DNA of 64,000 nt from Chrysomallon squamiferum (Eukaryota; Animalia; Mollusca): NCBI GenBank assembly GCA_012295275.1, contig CM022670.1, forward strand, positions 4,092,001 to 4,156,000, given 5' to 3'. Below the pieces are notes generated by a model, which worked only from the letters and a program-made list of their open reading frames with translations, was not told where the DNA came from and made no database searches. Of this stretch, positions 12,321 through 24,737 are shown piece after piece (the stretch's first letter is position 1; each line of letters starts with the position of its first letter). The position numbers and the translations under genes are program-made.

Positions 12321-15196
12321 GTAAATGAGCAAGAAAATCACAAATGTGTTTTGAATAATGATATTATGTACATAGAACCAGTAAGTAATCTTGTAAATAG
12401 TAAAAGCAGCTGGTATTTGGCTTACCCATCTTGTATAGCTCTTTTGTGTATAGGTATTTAACACGAGCCCCACACGAGGTCACTCAGGTTGGCAGAGCAC
12501 TGTTTAAATGTAACATTTATATATTTTGCATAAAATGATGTATATTACACATACAACTGGTGTTGTTGTTTTTATTTTTTTTTATTGCTAGTTTAATATA
12601 TATATATATCAAAATAAGTAAAGTATTGGGGGAGTTTTATTGTCAGATTTTTTTCTTATAGTTACGTGACAAAAAGCTTCAGGGAGTGGATTTATCAAAG
12701 GTTTAAAAGAAACAGAAAGAATGTGTGTGTTCCATTTGGGTGAATGCTGCATTGATGTATCAAAAGACAGGAAACATGTTTTTTTTTATTTAAATGAATA
12801 AATAATAATATATTATTACTATTCAGTAGATTTGAAATGATGTTGATCTGAATTTTGATTAATATATTTTTTTTTTTTTTTTTTTAGTCACCATATTAAG
12901 TAATTTAGTTTCTAATTTTTTTTTATTCCTTATGATTACAAAGTCCAAATTAATTAAATAAAACACATCCTAAAAGTCTTACATAACCAATTCAGTTGTA
13001 AGCTGAATAAAACATAAGTGAGTTTTGTCAGTACAAACTCAATACTGATACATTATATCGTTTCAATCCCTATTCAAAATACCACAAGTTCCCATCTCAC
13101 TTTTTACAACTTCTTGTTTATTTTGTGTTTGCATCAAAGCATCAGTGTGCTTGTTAGAGGCATGCACATAATTTTAAATAACCTTTGCTACTGCTTGAAA
13201 AAGAAACGTCATGGATGAGAGGTAATTGGATTAATGTAAATGTCACAACAAGCCTAGTAGCATGGAAAATTTGATTCCATGCTGGGGAAATTTATTACTT
13301 TCCTGCTGTGAAACCCTATCATTAAATAACACTTACATGCTTCAGTTTATTGTACACAATTAATATTCTGGCATTATCTCTTTATGATCTGATCTCTGTG
13401 ACAACTGTATTATTATTAAATGTTGTTAAAACATCTGAGTGGCCAGGCTTCTTTCTCTTCATGAACAGTTACACCTTGTACAGGTGTTAAAATGATTGCT
13501 GCTAATAAAACTGATCTAAAAACATGAATGTAAAACTTACTGTTAAACCTGTAATATAGACAGAAGACACTTCCAAGGGTTCATTATGTTAAGAAATTTC
13601 TTGTTACAAAGCATTTGTTGCAAAAAGGATAGTTTAGCCTATACATCTGAAACAAAAATCCAGTATAGCATAAAATTTTGATGTAAAATATTTCTTGCTT
13701 AAAATTAAATTTAAATTTGTGAAACTGTTGAATGAATTAATGAAGACAGATCAAATTATTAATTTAATCAATATTTCATCCACAATTTATCAATCCTTTT
13801 GATTTGCATTAAGTTATTTCAGATTCAAAAATATGTGGTATATGTTCTGTCTGTAATAATGAAAAAGACCCACAAGTTTTCCTTAAAGATTGTATTTTAT
13901 AAATAATAGTGTTTTAATATTGAGTAGCTGAAGACAAAAAATCAGTAAATTAGGCAAAGTTATTATACAAAATAAATATTAACTTGATTTATCTATTTAT
14001 GTCTGTGTGTCTGTCTTTTTTTGTCTTTTTTTTTTTTTTTAAACAGATGTAATATTGAGAATCACTGGAAATTTTAAACATAATTTTAATTTTGGTCCAG
14101 TAGCTAGGAGTTGTCTGTTAGAAGAAAAAAACAACAACAAAACAAAACAATTTCATACAAATCTTTCTTGTAACAAAAATACCAACAAAAATTATTGCAT
14201 AGCTTTTTATTTAAATCAAAATAGAATCCTCATTTATTAAAATCAGTAACACAGACTGAATATTAAATATGCTTTTAAGAAATAAAATTTGGTTTAGAAA
14301 ATATGTGGAGATTATAAAAGTGCTTTCACAGAGAACAATCTGAGAAATGTGATAGGAATTTATAGCCAGCTATACTCACAGCAAAATATAAAAATGAATT
14401 AATAAAAAAAAATAATAAATGAAAAATAAATAAATAAATAGGAAAAAATATAATTAGGGTAATTTTCATAAATATAAAATACTTATTTTTGTTGAATATT
14501 TCAGATAATAACTGCAAATTATTAGCATGTATATTGTATATGTATCTAATAAATCTGAAAAAATATATAAAAATTAATCTTTTTAAAACAATAAATTTTT
14601 ATAATTGTTCATAATTGTAAAAAATATTCAAAATGAAAAATATTTTGTAGCAATCTACAGAACTGCTAAAAATTTTTTATAAATAATAAAATAAGTAAGT
14701 CATGAATTAAAATGGTTTATAATGATTATAATTATTATTATTATTATTAATACAGTTGTTATTATCTAGGAAATACTGAATGACATTAATTAGTGTAAAT
14801 CATAAAATATGGGTGAAATATGCTACTGTTTTTTTAGTTTTTTAATATTTGATTGGTTTACCTCACTCAAATGTTAAATGACCAGTATGTCACTGATGTG
14901 GGATTTGTTAAATTTTAAGCTCACCAATATTGTATGATTTACCAAAGCTTAGCTGTTATTAAAAACAATATTTTCTATCAGAAACACACTTGTCAGGTTT
15001 TAAATAGATGAGAAGTATCACAGCTGAGCTGAAGGCTGTGAAAGTAAAGAATAATGACATTTTCATTTAGATTAAAATTTAATGAAATTGCACTGAAACA
15101 CATGAAAGAGCAAACACCTTTAAAAGAAATATTGAAAAAAAAAATCCTATAAAATTGTAGTAAAGAATGTAATGTATAAAAATATATATTTGTGCA

Positions 15197-15200
<4 letters not shown>

Positions 15201-15254
<54 letters not shown>
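15201..15254. repeat. (TG)n microsatellite
   Basis: Direct reading. Confidence 0.97.
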
Positions 15255-15255
<1 letters not shown>

Positions 15256-15807
15256 TAACAGTTAAAATATAAACATTTTCTTAATTTTTGTAATACAATA
15301 ACTGTTTGTTATGCCAGTAACAAATACATTATGTCAAAACAAATTATACAGAAACCAAAAAGATGACAAAATATAGGAGTGCAGAAAAGAAACAAGTGAA
15401 TTTAAAAATTATCTGAAATTAACCAGTGCATTGTATTATGACATAGCCAGTAACAGTTAAACAATAAATTCAAATCTTACAATACTAAACTAAACTGTCT
15501 TAGTTCAACTTATGCACATGATCATTAGATTATCCTATTAGATAAAGCAACAAAATAAAACTTCAACATAAACACAAAATCAAAATAAGTGTATTTGTAC
15601 ATCCTTTGCTAATACTGAAAGAACCCACATTCAAACTAGAGTTTCTGTTTAATATACTTTTCTAAGAACCTCACTACCAACCCCAGTTTCATATATTACA
15701 GGCATAAATATTGTTATAGAAAAAATATATTATCTTTAAAATATGCTTAATTAATAAAATATAGACATTAGATATATTAATAAGAAAATAACAAAATGAA
15801 ACAAATA

Positions 15808-15809
<2 letters not shown>

Positions 15810-15846
<37 letters not shown>

Positions 15847-15849
15847 CTG

Positions 15850-15896
<47 letters not shown>
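15810..15896. repeat. Compound (TA)n/(TG)n microsatellite
   Basis: Direct reading. Confidence 0.95.
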
Positions 15897-15899
<3 letters not shown>

Positions 15900-16077
15900 G
15901 GATTTGAGTATGTGTATATATCACATTTCTATATTGTCATTTGTGTGTATTTCTTACTAAATAAAGGATCCACTTTAATCAACTTAGAAATTATCTCCTA
16001 AAAACCAACACTACTTCCTTGACAAAAGCAATAATATTAATATTACTTTTATAAAATAACATTTAGTTGTATCAGAG

Positions 16078-16296
16078 TTATTTTTAAACTATGTCTACTT
16101 TACTAATTTAAAAAGAGATTAAAAAGAAAGTAAATTTCCCAAAAGCCATAAGCTTTAAACAGAACATTTCTATAAAGCCAGTAACATTTACTCATATCAT
16201 TATTTTTAAACTGTGTCTGTATTACTAATTTAAAAACAGTAAGGAAAAAAAAAAAGTAAATTTATCAAAAGCCATAGAAAATTTCTATAAAGCCCA
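16078..16296. repeat. Diverged ~122-bp tandem duplication
   Basis: TTATTTTTAAACT.TGTCT..TTACTAATTTAAAAA..AAAGTAAATTT..CAAAAGCCATA..ATTTCTATAAAGCC occurs twice. Confidence 0.8.
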
Positions 16297-17598
16297 GAGA
16301 CTAATAGATTTTCATAGAAGAACATAAAAATACAGAATTTTTTAATTTATTCTGCTAATTAATACTGATAAGGAAAAGGTCAGACATTAACATATTACTA
16401 ACTGGTTTCAAACCAGAAAAGTAAATTCCTGTTTACTAACAAAGAATTTAACAATTATTCAATTAATAATTAACATTGTTAGTAGTAAATGTTCTCCAAA
16501 TTCAAACCATTGCATGTAAGCACCATTTTCTAATAAATAATGCAAAAGGCACAAAGAAGATTTGAACCTGAAACCTTCTGTGTAACAGCAAAATGACAGT
16601 GTAAAGTTTAAAAAAGAGTTTTTTGTTTCAGAATTATGATATATAAAATAAAAGAGAAAATGTGGAAAAATAGATTAGTTAAAAATATATGTGTTAAAAT
16701 ATATATTTCAAGTGAACAAGAAAAAGAAATAATGTAAATGAAAATAGCAAAATATATTTTAAATAATCAGTTAATTCAAATTGCACTTTGTAATCCCAGA
16801 TTTCTAAGCAATCTAATATTATTTTAAATTTTAAATTAACTGAAAGTGTTTGTGGTGGAACAAATAGCCTAAATACATTTTAAAAACAGCACATACTTTC
16901 ATCTATTTGTTTATGTTCACCAACCTTTATTAACAATAAAGAATGACAATAAAATAAGTCATCGTAGGTGTACAAATCTATGCACACACACACATGGATG
17001 CAAATATACACATTTATTTGTATAAATCTGTCATCTCTCCTTTTTTTCATGATGTAACTGCATATAAAACTAAAAAATTTTCCACCTCTTTTTCATCAAA
17101 ATATTCCTTAACATTTTTATTATTACGAAGGCTGATGTTTATTAATATAAAAAAATGAAATTTTTTTTTTTTAATAAAGTATTTAAATATGTTATTAGGC
17201 CATTTGTTTACACCAGCAGTACACTATAATTTCATAATCAGAAACGTAACAATAACATAACAAATTGTAGATTCTAAGCTTGGTTCAGAACTTTTTGGAG
17301 ATTCACATCTAAATAAATTGTTGGAATAATTTTTAGCATGATTGATGTTCCAAAAACTATTATAGAAACTTTAACGACAGCTTGAAAATTAATATAATAC
17401 TTTGGCCATTATTTAACAAATAGTGAATTACCACATTTCCAAAAAATTGAGAATATAAGTGAATTTCCACATTTCAAACATTTGTAGATGTACTTGAATT
17501 TGCACATTTAAAAGTTTTGTACACTGGTGATTATTTGTGCGAATATTCACACAAAGATTCCACATTTAAAGAATCTACACACTGAGAGGATTCTTGAC

Positions 17599-17712
17599 TT
17601 AGATAATTTCAACAAAGCTGGCAGGAAACATTCCACGCTTGCCATTCAGGATTCCATACTGCCAGTCAGAATCTGCAGAAATGTGTTCTCCCAGAATTAT
17701 AACATCACCTTT
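17599..17712 (-). CDS. SH3D19: SH3D19 last exon, end of SH3 #5
   Basis: KGDVIILGEHISADSDWQYGILNGKRGMFPASFVEII*. Confidence 0.92.
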   Translation of the reverse strand, partial: KGDVIILGEHISADSDWQYGILNGKRGMFPASFVEII

Positions 17713-20700
17713 CTGAAATTACCAAATAAATATGTATTAATTTATCCACATTTCTCTACCCCAAAAAAGTAATAATTAGATAGAAACAGAGAAAAGACAC
17801 CAAATGCTGAATATTTATCACAGATGTGTGTTTGACTTTTCTAATGTTTTAGTCTCCTATGAATCAAAATGAATAAATAGTTTTATTATGTCTCCAGCCT
17901 GGATAGAATACCCTGGTACTTAAATATTTTTTATATCTGACTTTTTTCTATTTTTATTAAAAATATATTTGTGTTCAGTTCTTAAACTGATGTACTGGTT
18001 TTTAATTCATATGATGTATTCTAATTCTGACACATCAAATGAATCAAAAAAAAAAAAAAAAAAAAGTCTGGTTTACTACAAACCTTAAATGTCAGCTCTT
18101 CTGACCTTTCACCCTCAAAGTCGAAGAGTGCTCTCCCCTCTATGTTCACTGGTAACAGATGATCAGGTGCTGAGTAACCAGATGAGTTAGATTCTGTGTA
18201 ACCAGTCGAGTCAGATGCTTTTGAATCAGGGGTAGATAATTCAGCAGGTTTTTCTGAAAGTATTGGAATACTTAAATTTTTTGAAACATTTTACTGATTA
18301 TATTTTTGTGTAATTTAACATAATGAAACAAATACAAAATAAACATAACAATATAACAATAAGTTAACATAACAGTAATAATACTGTTACAATTATACTT
18401 CAATAACAGTAACTCATTTGCCTTTCAGATTGTGATTTAAGGGGGAGAATACTGCAGAAAGATTCCCCATGTTCTCAAGAATAAGTTTTTCTTACCAGTA
18501 ATAATAAATAAATAAAATCATAGTATTAAAATTAACAGGTTGTGGCAGTTCTGTAGAAACATTTTAAGATTCATACGTCAACATTTACCTGGCAGATCTA
18601 CATTTATGTCGGCAAAAGTTGCAGGAAAGATTCCTACATTCCCACGAACCCTTCCCTTGTACCAGTCTTTTCCAACATGCTCCAAAAGCTCAATTCTGTC
18701 TCCTTCTTGAAATGAAAGGTCTCCTTCCTGTTCTCCTTCAAAGTCATGCAAAGCCGTAGCAAATGGTTGGCCTCCTGAATCAGTGTCATCTGAAGATTTA
18801 TGTTCATCTCTGGTCTACATAAACAAATAAAAATATTTTAAAAATCTCCCAACTTGAAGAGAAATTAAAAATTCAACTTATATGAAATGTTTTATTATTA
18901 TTATTTTCATTTTTTTTCATTGACATATAGTAAGTGGATGAACATCTCTAAAGACAAAATATTTTTTCAAAGTAAGATTAAACAATATTGTCTAAATTTA
19001 ATTTTTTAATGATTCAAACTTTCAAAATATTATTTTGAAGAAAATATTTTTTTGAGAGATTTTATTTATTTTTTATTTTATTTTTTTTTAAATTAAAAAT
19101 TAAATTACCTCTTGTTCCTGAATCAAATCTGTTGGGGGTTCATAGTCAGGAAGTTCTGGGGGTAAAGGGGAGGTAACTAGGCTAGCAGGAAATTTGCCCT
19201 CTCTAGTGTTTGTCTCTCCTATCAGCCATTCTGAATCAAAACGACCAAGCAGCTTTATTGTGTCTCCTGCCTGCATAAAAAAACATCAGAACTAAAAACT
19301 GATTTCTGATAAAAGAAAAAAAGAGTGTAACACAAGTTATTAGAAACTTTCTATTGTTGAAAATATGACAGTCCAAAAAAAAAAAAAAAACCGAAGAAGG
19401 TGAAAAAGTTTGTAAAATATATTTATTTTCTATTTATTAATTTTTTAACTTGTTTAAAAATGTTAAAGGTATTTTATATATATATATTTTTTACTTGTTT
19501 AAAATAAATAAATAAATAAATAAATATATATATATATATAAATAAAATGAAATAACGAAACAAAAAACATATGAAAAAGTAAGTAAACATTATTTACCTT
19601 AAATGAAAGCTCTTCTTCATCTTTTCCAATGTAATCTGTCTCCATGGTTATGAAGAAGCTGTCAGGTCGGTAGGCATCATCGGGAAGCGGTTCTATTATG
19701 TCGACAAAAGCGATGGGAAAAATCCCTTCTTTCCCATTGAGTTCACCTCTCATCCAGTCACAGCCCATTGTAGATATCAGTCGAATCACATCGTCTTCCT
19801 CGAAGGACAGATCCTCTTTTCCTTCACCCTCAAAGTCAAATCGAGCAATGCAGCGAGGTCCAGACGTCACTGATGTTTTGGCAGGACTGGAAGACAGAGT
19901 TGATTCAGGGGATTCAACAAACTGAGCACATGCTTCATCTGTCATCTAAAAACATGAAACACAATTAAGTATTACGTTAAAAACCGAAATGGTAAAAATG
20001 TCCAGTAATATATATATAGGTTAATATATATACTGATATTATTTTTTTGTCATCTTTTTAAAATCTTTTTCCCCTTTTTTTTTAAATTTCTTTGTCTCTC
20101 TGTGTTTATGAATATGTACATATTTAGGTAGAGAGCTAGACACTAGGTATACAGACAGGTGGACAGATACAGAAAAAGGAAGATAGATTAAGAGATAGAG
20201 AGTCAGAGTCAAACAAAAAGACCTATATAAAAGCAAGAATATTTTAATTTTTATCATTCATCCTGTTAACTGTTTAATAAAAGCAGACAGAATTTCAAAG
20301 ATTGAATAAAAATAATTATAATTCCCTAGGAAATTGTCTGATCTTCAGAATGCTGAAAATAAATGGTGACCACAAATACCTCAGAGTCGAGTGGTCGCAC
20401 TATGTGGACAAATTCAGCAGGAAATATTCCTGTCCTTTCTCCAGCAGTACCCACCAACCAGTTAGCATCAACTCGTCTCACCAGCAAAACCGTCTCTCCA
20501 GACTGAAAGTCAGTCATTGAAAATTTAATTTTTGAAAAGACCAAATTACTGTTCATTAAATAGTGTTTGTTATATAACAGTCCTTTTATTTTTTCATTCC
20601 AGATAATAGTCTATTTTGAATTTTTGGCCATTAAAAGACCTATCTGAGAATTTTTATGGTCAAAAAAAATAAGTGATCAAAGAATACATCTAAGTACATG

Positions 20701-21621
20701 TCAACTATCCAATGATTTGAAACAAAAATATTAATTTTGAAAATACGTTATGCACAGTATTGAAAAAAATTTTTGGACAAGTTCCTCTATTATATGCCAT
20801 TAAATTACATGATGTCACTTTATACAGAAGATCTTACTGTGAATGAAATCTCGTCATTGTGAGAGGCAGTGTAGTCAAACTGAGCGATTCCATGCGGTTC
20901 ATTCATCATGTAGTGATACAGAGGATGTCCAGGCCCAGGCCGAGTAGGCAGTTCTGAAAACAAAATATTTACTTGAACTTGAACAAATCTGTTTATAAAT
21001 AGAGGTTGTGGGGTGGGGAGTTTTAAATAAAAATGTTATTGATATATAACAAATTTCTAGATTACTTTAATGGAAGTAATGATGGCTATTTCAAAACAGA
21101 AAATAAAACATAAAAAAGTAGTGTGTGTGTGTGTGTGTGTGTGTTCATGTGCACATTCTATTTAGTATATTGCAATTATTTCTTTTAGGACAGTGTTTGC
21201 TTAACCTGTTCAATAAAAAAACAATATGAGATTAAAGTCTGTTTCATACTATGTAGTGAAAGTAGTAAGATACATAAGTATACACACAAAGGAATTTGTA
21301 CTTAATGACAATTCAAAGAGATTTAGTGGTTTACTGTTTTCTTTAATGTATTCTTTTAGTTCCATCAAAGATCTAAATAATCAAACAGAAACAATCTCAA
21401 GTTTACTGTTTGTTTCATTTCACTGACCTGGCACCTGTAATGTCTCTTTTACTTCTGAAGCTTTGGGTGGACTTGGCCTCCCTCGATTGCTACAAACACA
21501 ATTACATTAATTTTAATTTTAATTTTTTTTCTAGCAAAGGAAAGGACTTTTTTTTTTTTTTTTTTATTAAAGGTTGTCAAAGATTTATATAATGGGGAAA
21601 CAAAAATAAAAAAAAATTAAT

Positions 21622-21656
<35 letters not shown>

Positions 21657-24600
21657 TATATATAACAACAACAAATAAATAAATAAATAAATAAGAGTAT
21701 CGTAAGAACTAATTTAAGTCTGCATGTATAATATGATAAAATTCATACCCCGACTATTCCTCTGATATATTCGTGATGTAATGTAGTGATATAGCATAAT
21801 ATAACAATATCTGGCAGTGTTTAGAATCTAGTGTGTGAAGTGACACTTGGTTTACCTTGCTGGTTTAGAATCTAGTGTGTGAAGTGACACTTGGTTTACC
21901 TTGCTGGTTAAGAATCTAGTGTGTGAAGTGACACTTGGTTTACCTTGCTGGTTTAGAATCTAGTGTGTGAAGTGACACTTGGTTTACCTTGCTGGTTAAG
22001 AATCTAGTGTGTGAAGTGACACTTGGTTTACCTTGCTGGTTAAGAATCTAGTGTGTGAAGTGACACTTGGTTTACCTTGCTGGTTAAGAATCTAGTGTGT
22101 GAAGTGACACTTGGTTTTACCTTGCTGGTTAAGAATCTAGTGTGTGAAGTGACACTTGGTTTACCTTGCTGGTGAATCTAGTGTGTGAAGTGACACTTGG
22201 TTTACCTTGCTGGTTTAGAATCTAGTGTGTGAAGTTACACTTGGTTTACCTTGCTGGTTAAGAATCTGGTGTGTGAAGTGACACTTGGTTTACCTTGCTG
22301 GTTAAGAATCTAGTGTGTGAAGTGACACTTGGTTTTACCTTGCTGGTTAAGAATCTAGTGTGTGAAGTGACACTTGGTTTACCTTGCTGGTTAAGAATCT
22401 AGTGTGTGAAGTGACACTTGGTTTACCTTGCTGGTTTAGAATCTAGTGTGTGAAGTGACACTTGGTTTACCTTGCTGGTTAAGAATCTAGTGTGTGAAGT
22501 GACACTTGGTTTACCTTGCTGGTTAAGAATCTAGTGTGTGAAGTTACACTTGGTTTACCTTGCTGGTTTAGAATCTAGTGTGTGAAGTGACACTTGGTTT
22601 TACCTTGCTGGTTTAGAATCTAGTGTGTGAAGTGACACTTGGTTTACCTTGCTGGTTAAGAATCTAGTGTGTGAAGTTACACTTGGTTTACCTTGCTGGT
22701 TTAGAATCTAGTGTGTGAAGTGACACTTGGTTTACCTTGCTGGTTTAGAATCTAGTGTGTGAAGTGACACTTGGTTTACCTTGCTGGTTAAGAATCTAGT
22801 GTGTGAAGTTACACTTGGTTTACCTTGCTGGTTAAGAATCTAGTGTGTGAAGTGACACTTGGTTTACCTTGCTGGTTAAGAATCTAGTGTGTGAAGTGAC
22901 ACTTGGTTTACCTTGCTGGTTAAGAATCTAGTGTGTGAAGTGACAACCTTGCTGGTTAAGAATCTAGTGTGTGAAGTGACACTTGGTTTACCTAAACTGG
23001 TTTAGAATCTAGTGTGTGAAGTGACACTTGGTTTACCTTGCTGGTTTAGAATCTAAAGTTACACTTGGTTTACCTTGCTGGTTAAGAATCTGGTGTGTGA
23101 AGTGACACTTGGTTTACCTTGCTGGTTAAGAATCTAGTGTGTGAAGTGACACTTGGTTTACCTTGCTGGTTAAGAATCTAGTGTGTGAAGTGACACTTGG
23201 TTTACCTTGCTGGTTAAGAATCTAGTGTGTGAAGTGACACTTGGTTTACCTTGCTGGTTTAGAATCTAGTGTGTGAAGTGACACTTGGTTTACCTTGCTG
23301 GTTAAGAATCTAGTGTGTGAAGTGACACTTGGTTTTACCTTGCTGGTTAAGAATCTAGTGTGTGAAGTTACACTTGGTTTACCTTGCTGGTTTAGAATCT
23401 AGTGTGTGAAGTGACACTTGGTTTACCTTGCTGGTTTAGAATCTAGTGTGTGAAGTGACACTTGGTTTACCTTGCTGGTTAAGAATCTAGTGTGTGAAGT
23501 TACACTTGGTTTTACCTTGCTGGTTTAGAATCTAGTGTGTGAAGTGACACTTGGTTTACCTTGCTGGTTTAGAATCTAGTGTGTGAAGTGACACTTGGTT
23601 TACCTTGCTGGTTAAGAATCTAGTGTGTGAAGTTACACTTGGTTTACCTTGCTGGTTAAGAATCTAGTGTGTGAAGTGACACTTGGTTTACCTTGCTGGT
23701 TAAGAATCTAGTGTGTGAAGTTACACTTGGTTTACCTTGCTGGTTAAGAATCTAGTGTGTGAAGTTACACTTGGTTTACCTTGCTGGTTTAGAATCTAGT
23801 GTGTGAAGTGACACTTGGTTTACCTTGCTGGTTAAGAATCTAGTGTGTGAAGTGACACTTGGTTTACCTTGCTGGTTAAGAATCTAGTGTGTGAAGTTAC
23901 ACTTGGTTTACCTTGCTGGTTAAGAATCTAGTGTGTGAAGTTACACTTGGTTTACCTTGCTGGTTTAGAATCTAGTGTGTGAAGTGACACTTGGTTTACC
24001 TTGCTGGTTAAGAATCTAGTGTGTGAAGTGACACTTGGTTTACCTTGCTGGTTAAGAATCTAGTGTGTGAAGTGACACTTGGTTTACCTTGCTGGTTTAG
24101 AATCTAGTGTGTGAAGTGACACTTGGTTTACCTTGCTGGTTAAGAATCTAGTGTGTGAAGTGACACTTGGTTTACCTTGCTGGTGGTTTAGAATCTAGTG
24201 TGTGAAGTGACACTTGGTTTACCTTGCTGGTTTAGAATCTAGTGTGTGAAGTGACACTTGGTTTTACCTTGCTGGTTTAGAATCTAGTGTGTGAAGTGAC
24301 ACTTGGTTTACCTTGCTGGTTTAGAATCTAGTGTGTGAAGTGACACTTGGTTTACCTTGCTGGTTTAGAATCTAGTGTGTGAAGTGACACTTGGTTTACC
24401 TTGCTGGTTTAGAATCTAGTGTGTGAAGTGACACTTGGTTTACCTTGCTGGTTTAGAATCTAGTGTGTGAAGTGACACTTGGTTTACCTTGCTGGTTTAG
24501 GAGATGGAGGAGCTGTGGGTCGTGGAGGGCCGGAACTAGGACGACCAGGTTTCGTGGATTCTATGACAACTGAGACAAAACAAGATACAAGAAAATTAAA

Positions 24601-24703
24601 TAAACAAAATAAATAAATAAATAAATAAGGATTTCTTTGACAATATAAACATTAAATATAAGAAGATACAAGAAAAAAGTTATTAGAAAAAAATAAGATT
24701 TCT

Positions 24704-24737
<34 letters not shown>

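Noticed and set aside
12478-12503. tRNA gene (A-box-like CTCAGGTTGGCAGAGCA)
   Set aside because: No B box or cloverleaf; at best a SINE scrap, as are weak matches near 16560 and 37400-37490.
13259-13283. Hairpin AGCATGGAA/TTCCATGCT as miRNA or terminator
   Set aside because: A 9-bp stem is too short for a pre-miRNA and is expected by chance in 64 kb.
21819-24500. CRISPR-like array
   Set aside because: Units are head-to-tail with no unique spacers, there are no cas genes, and the context is a eukaryotic intron.
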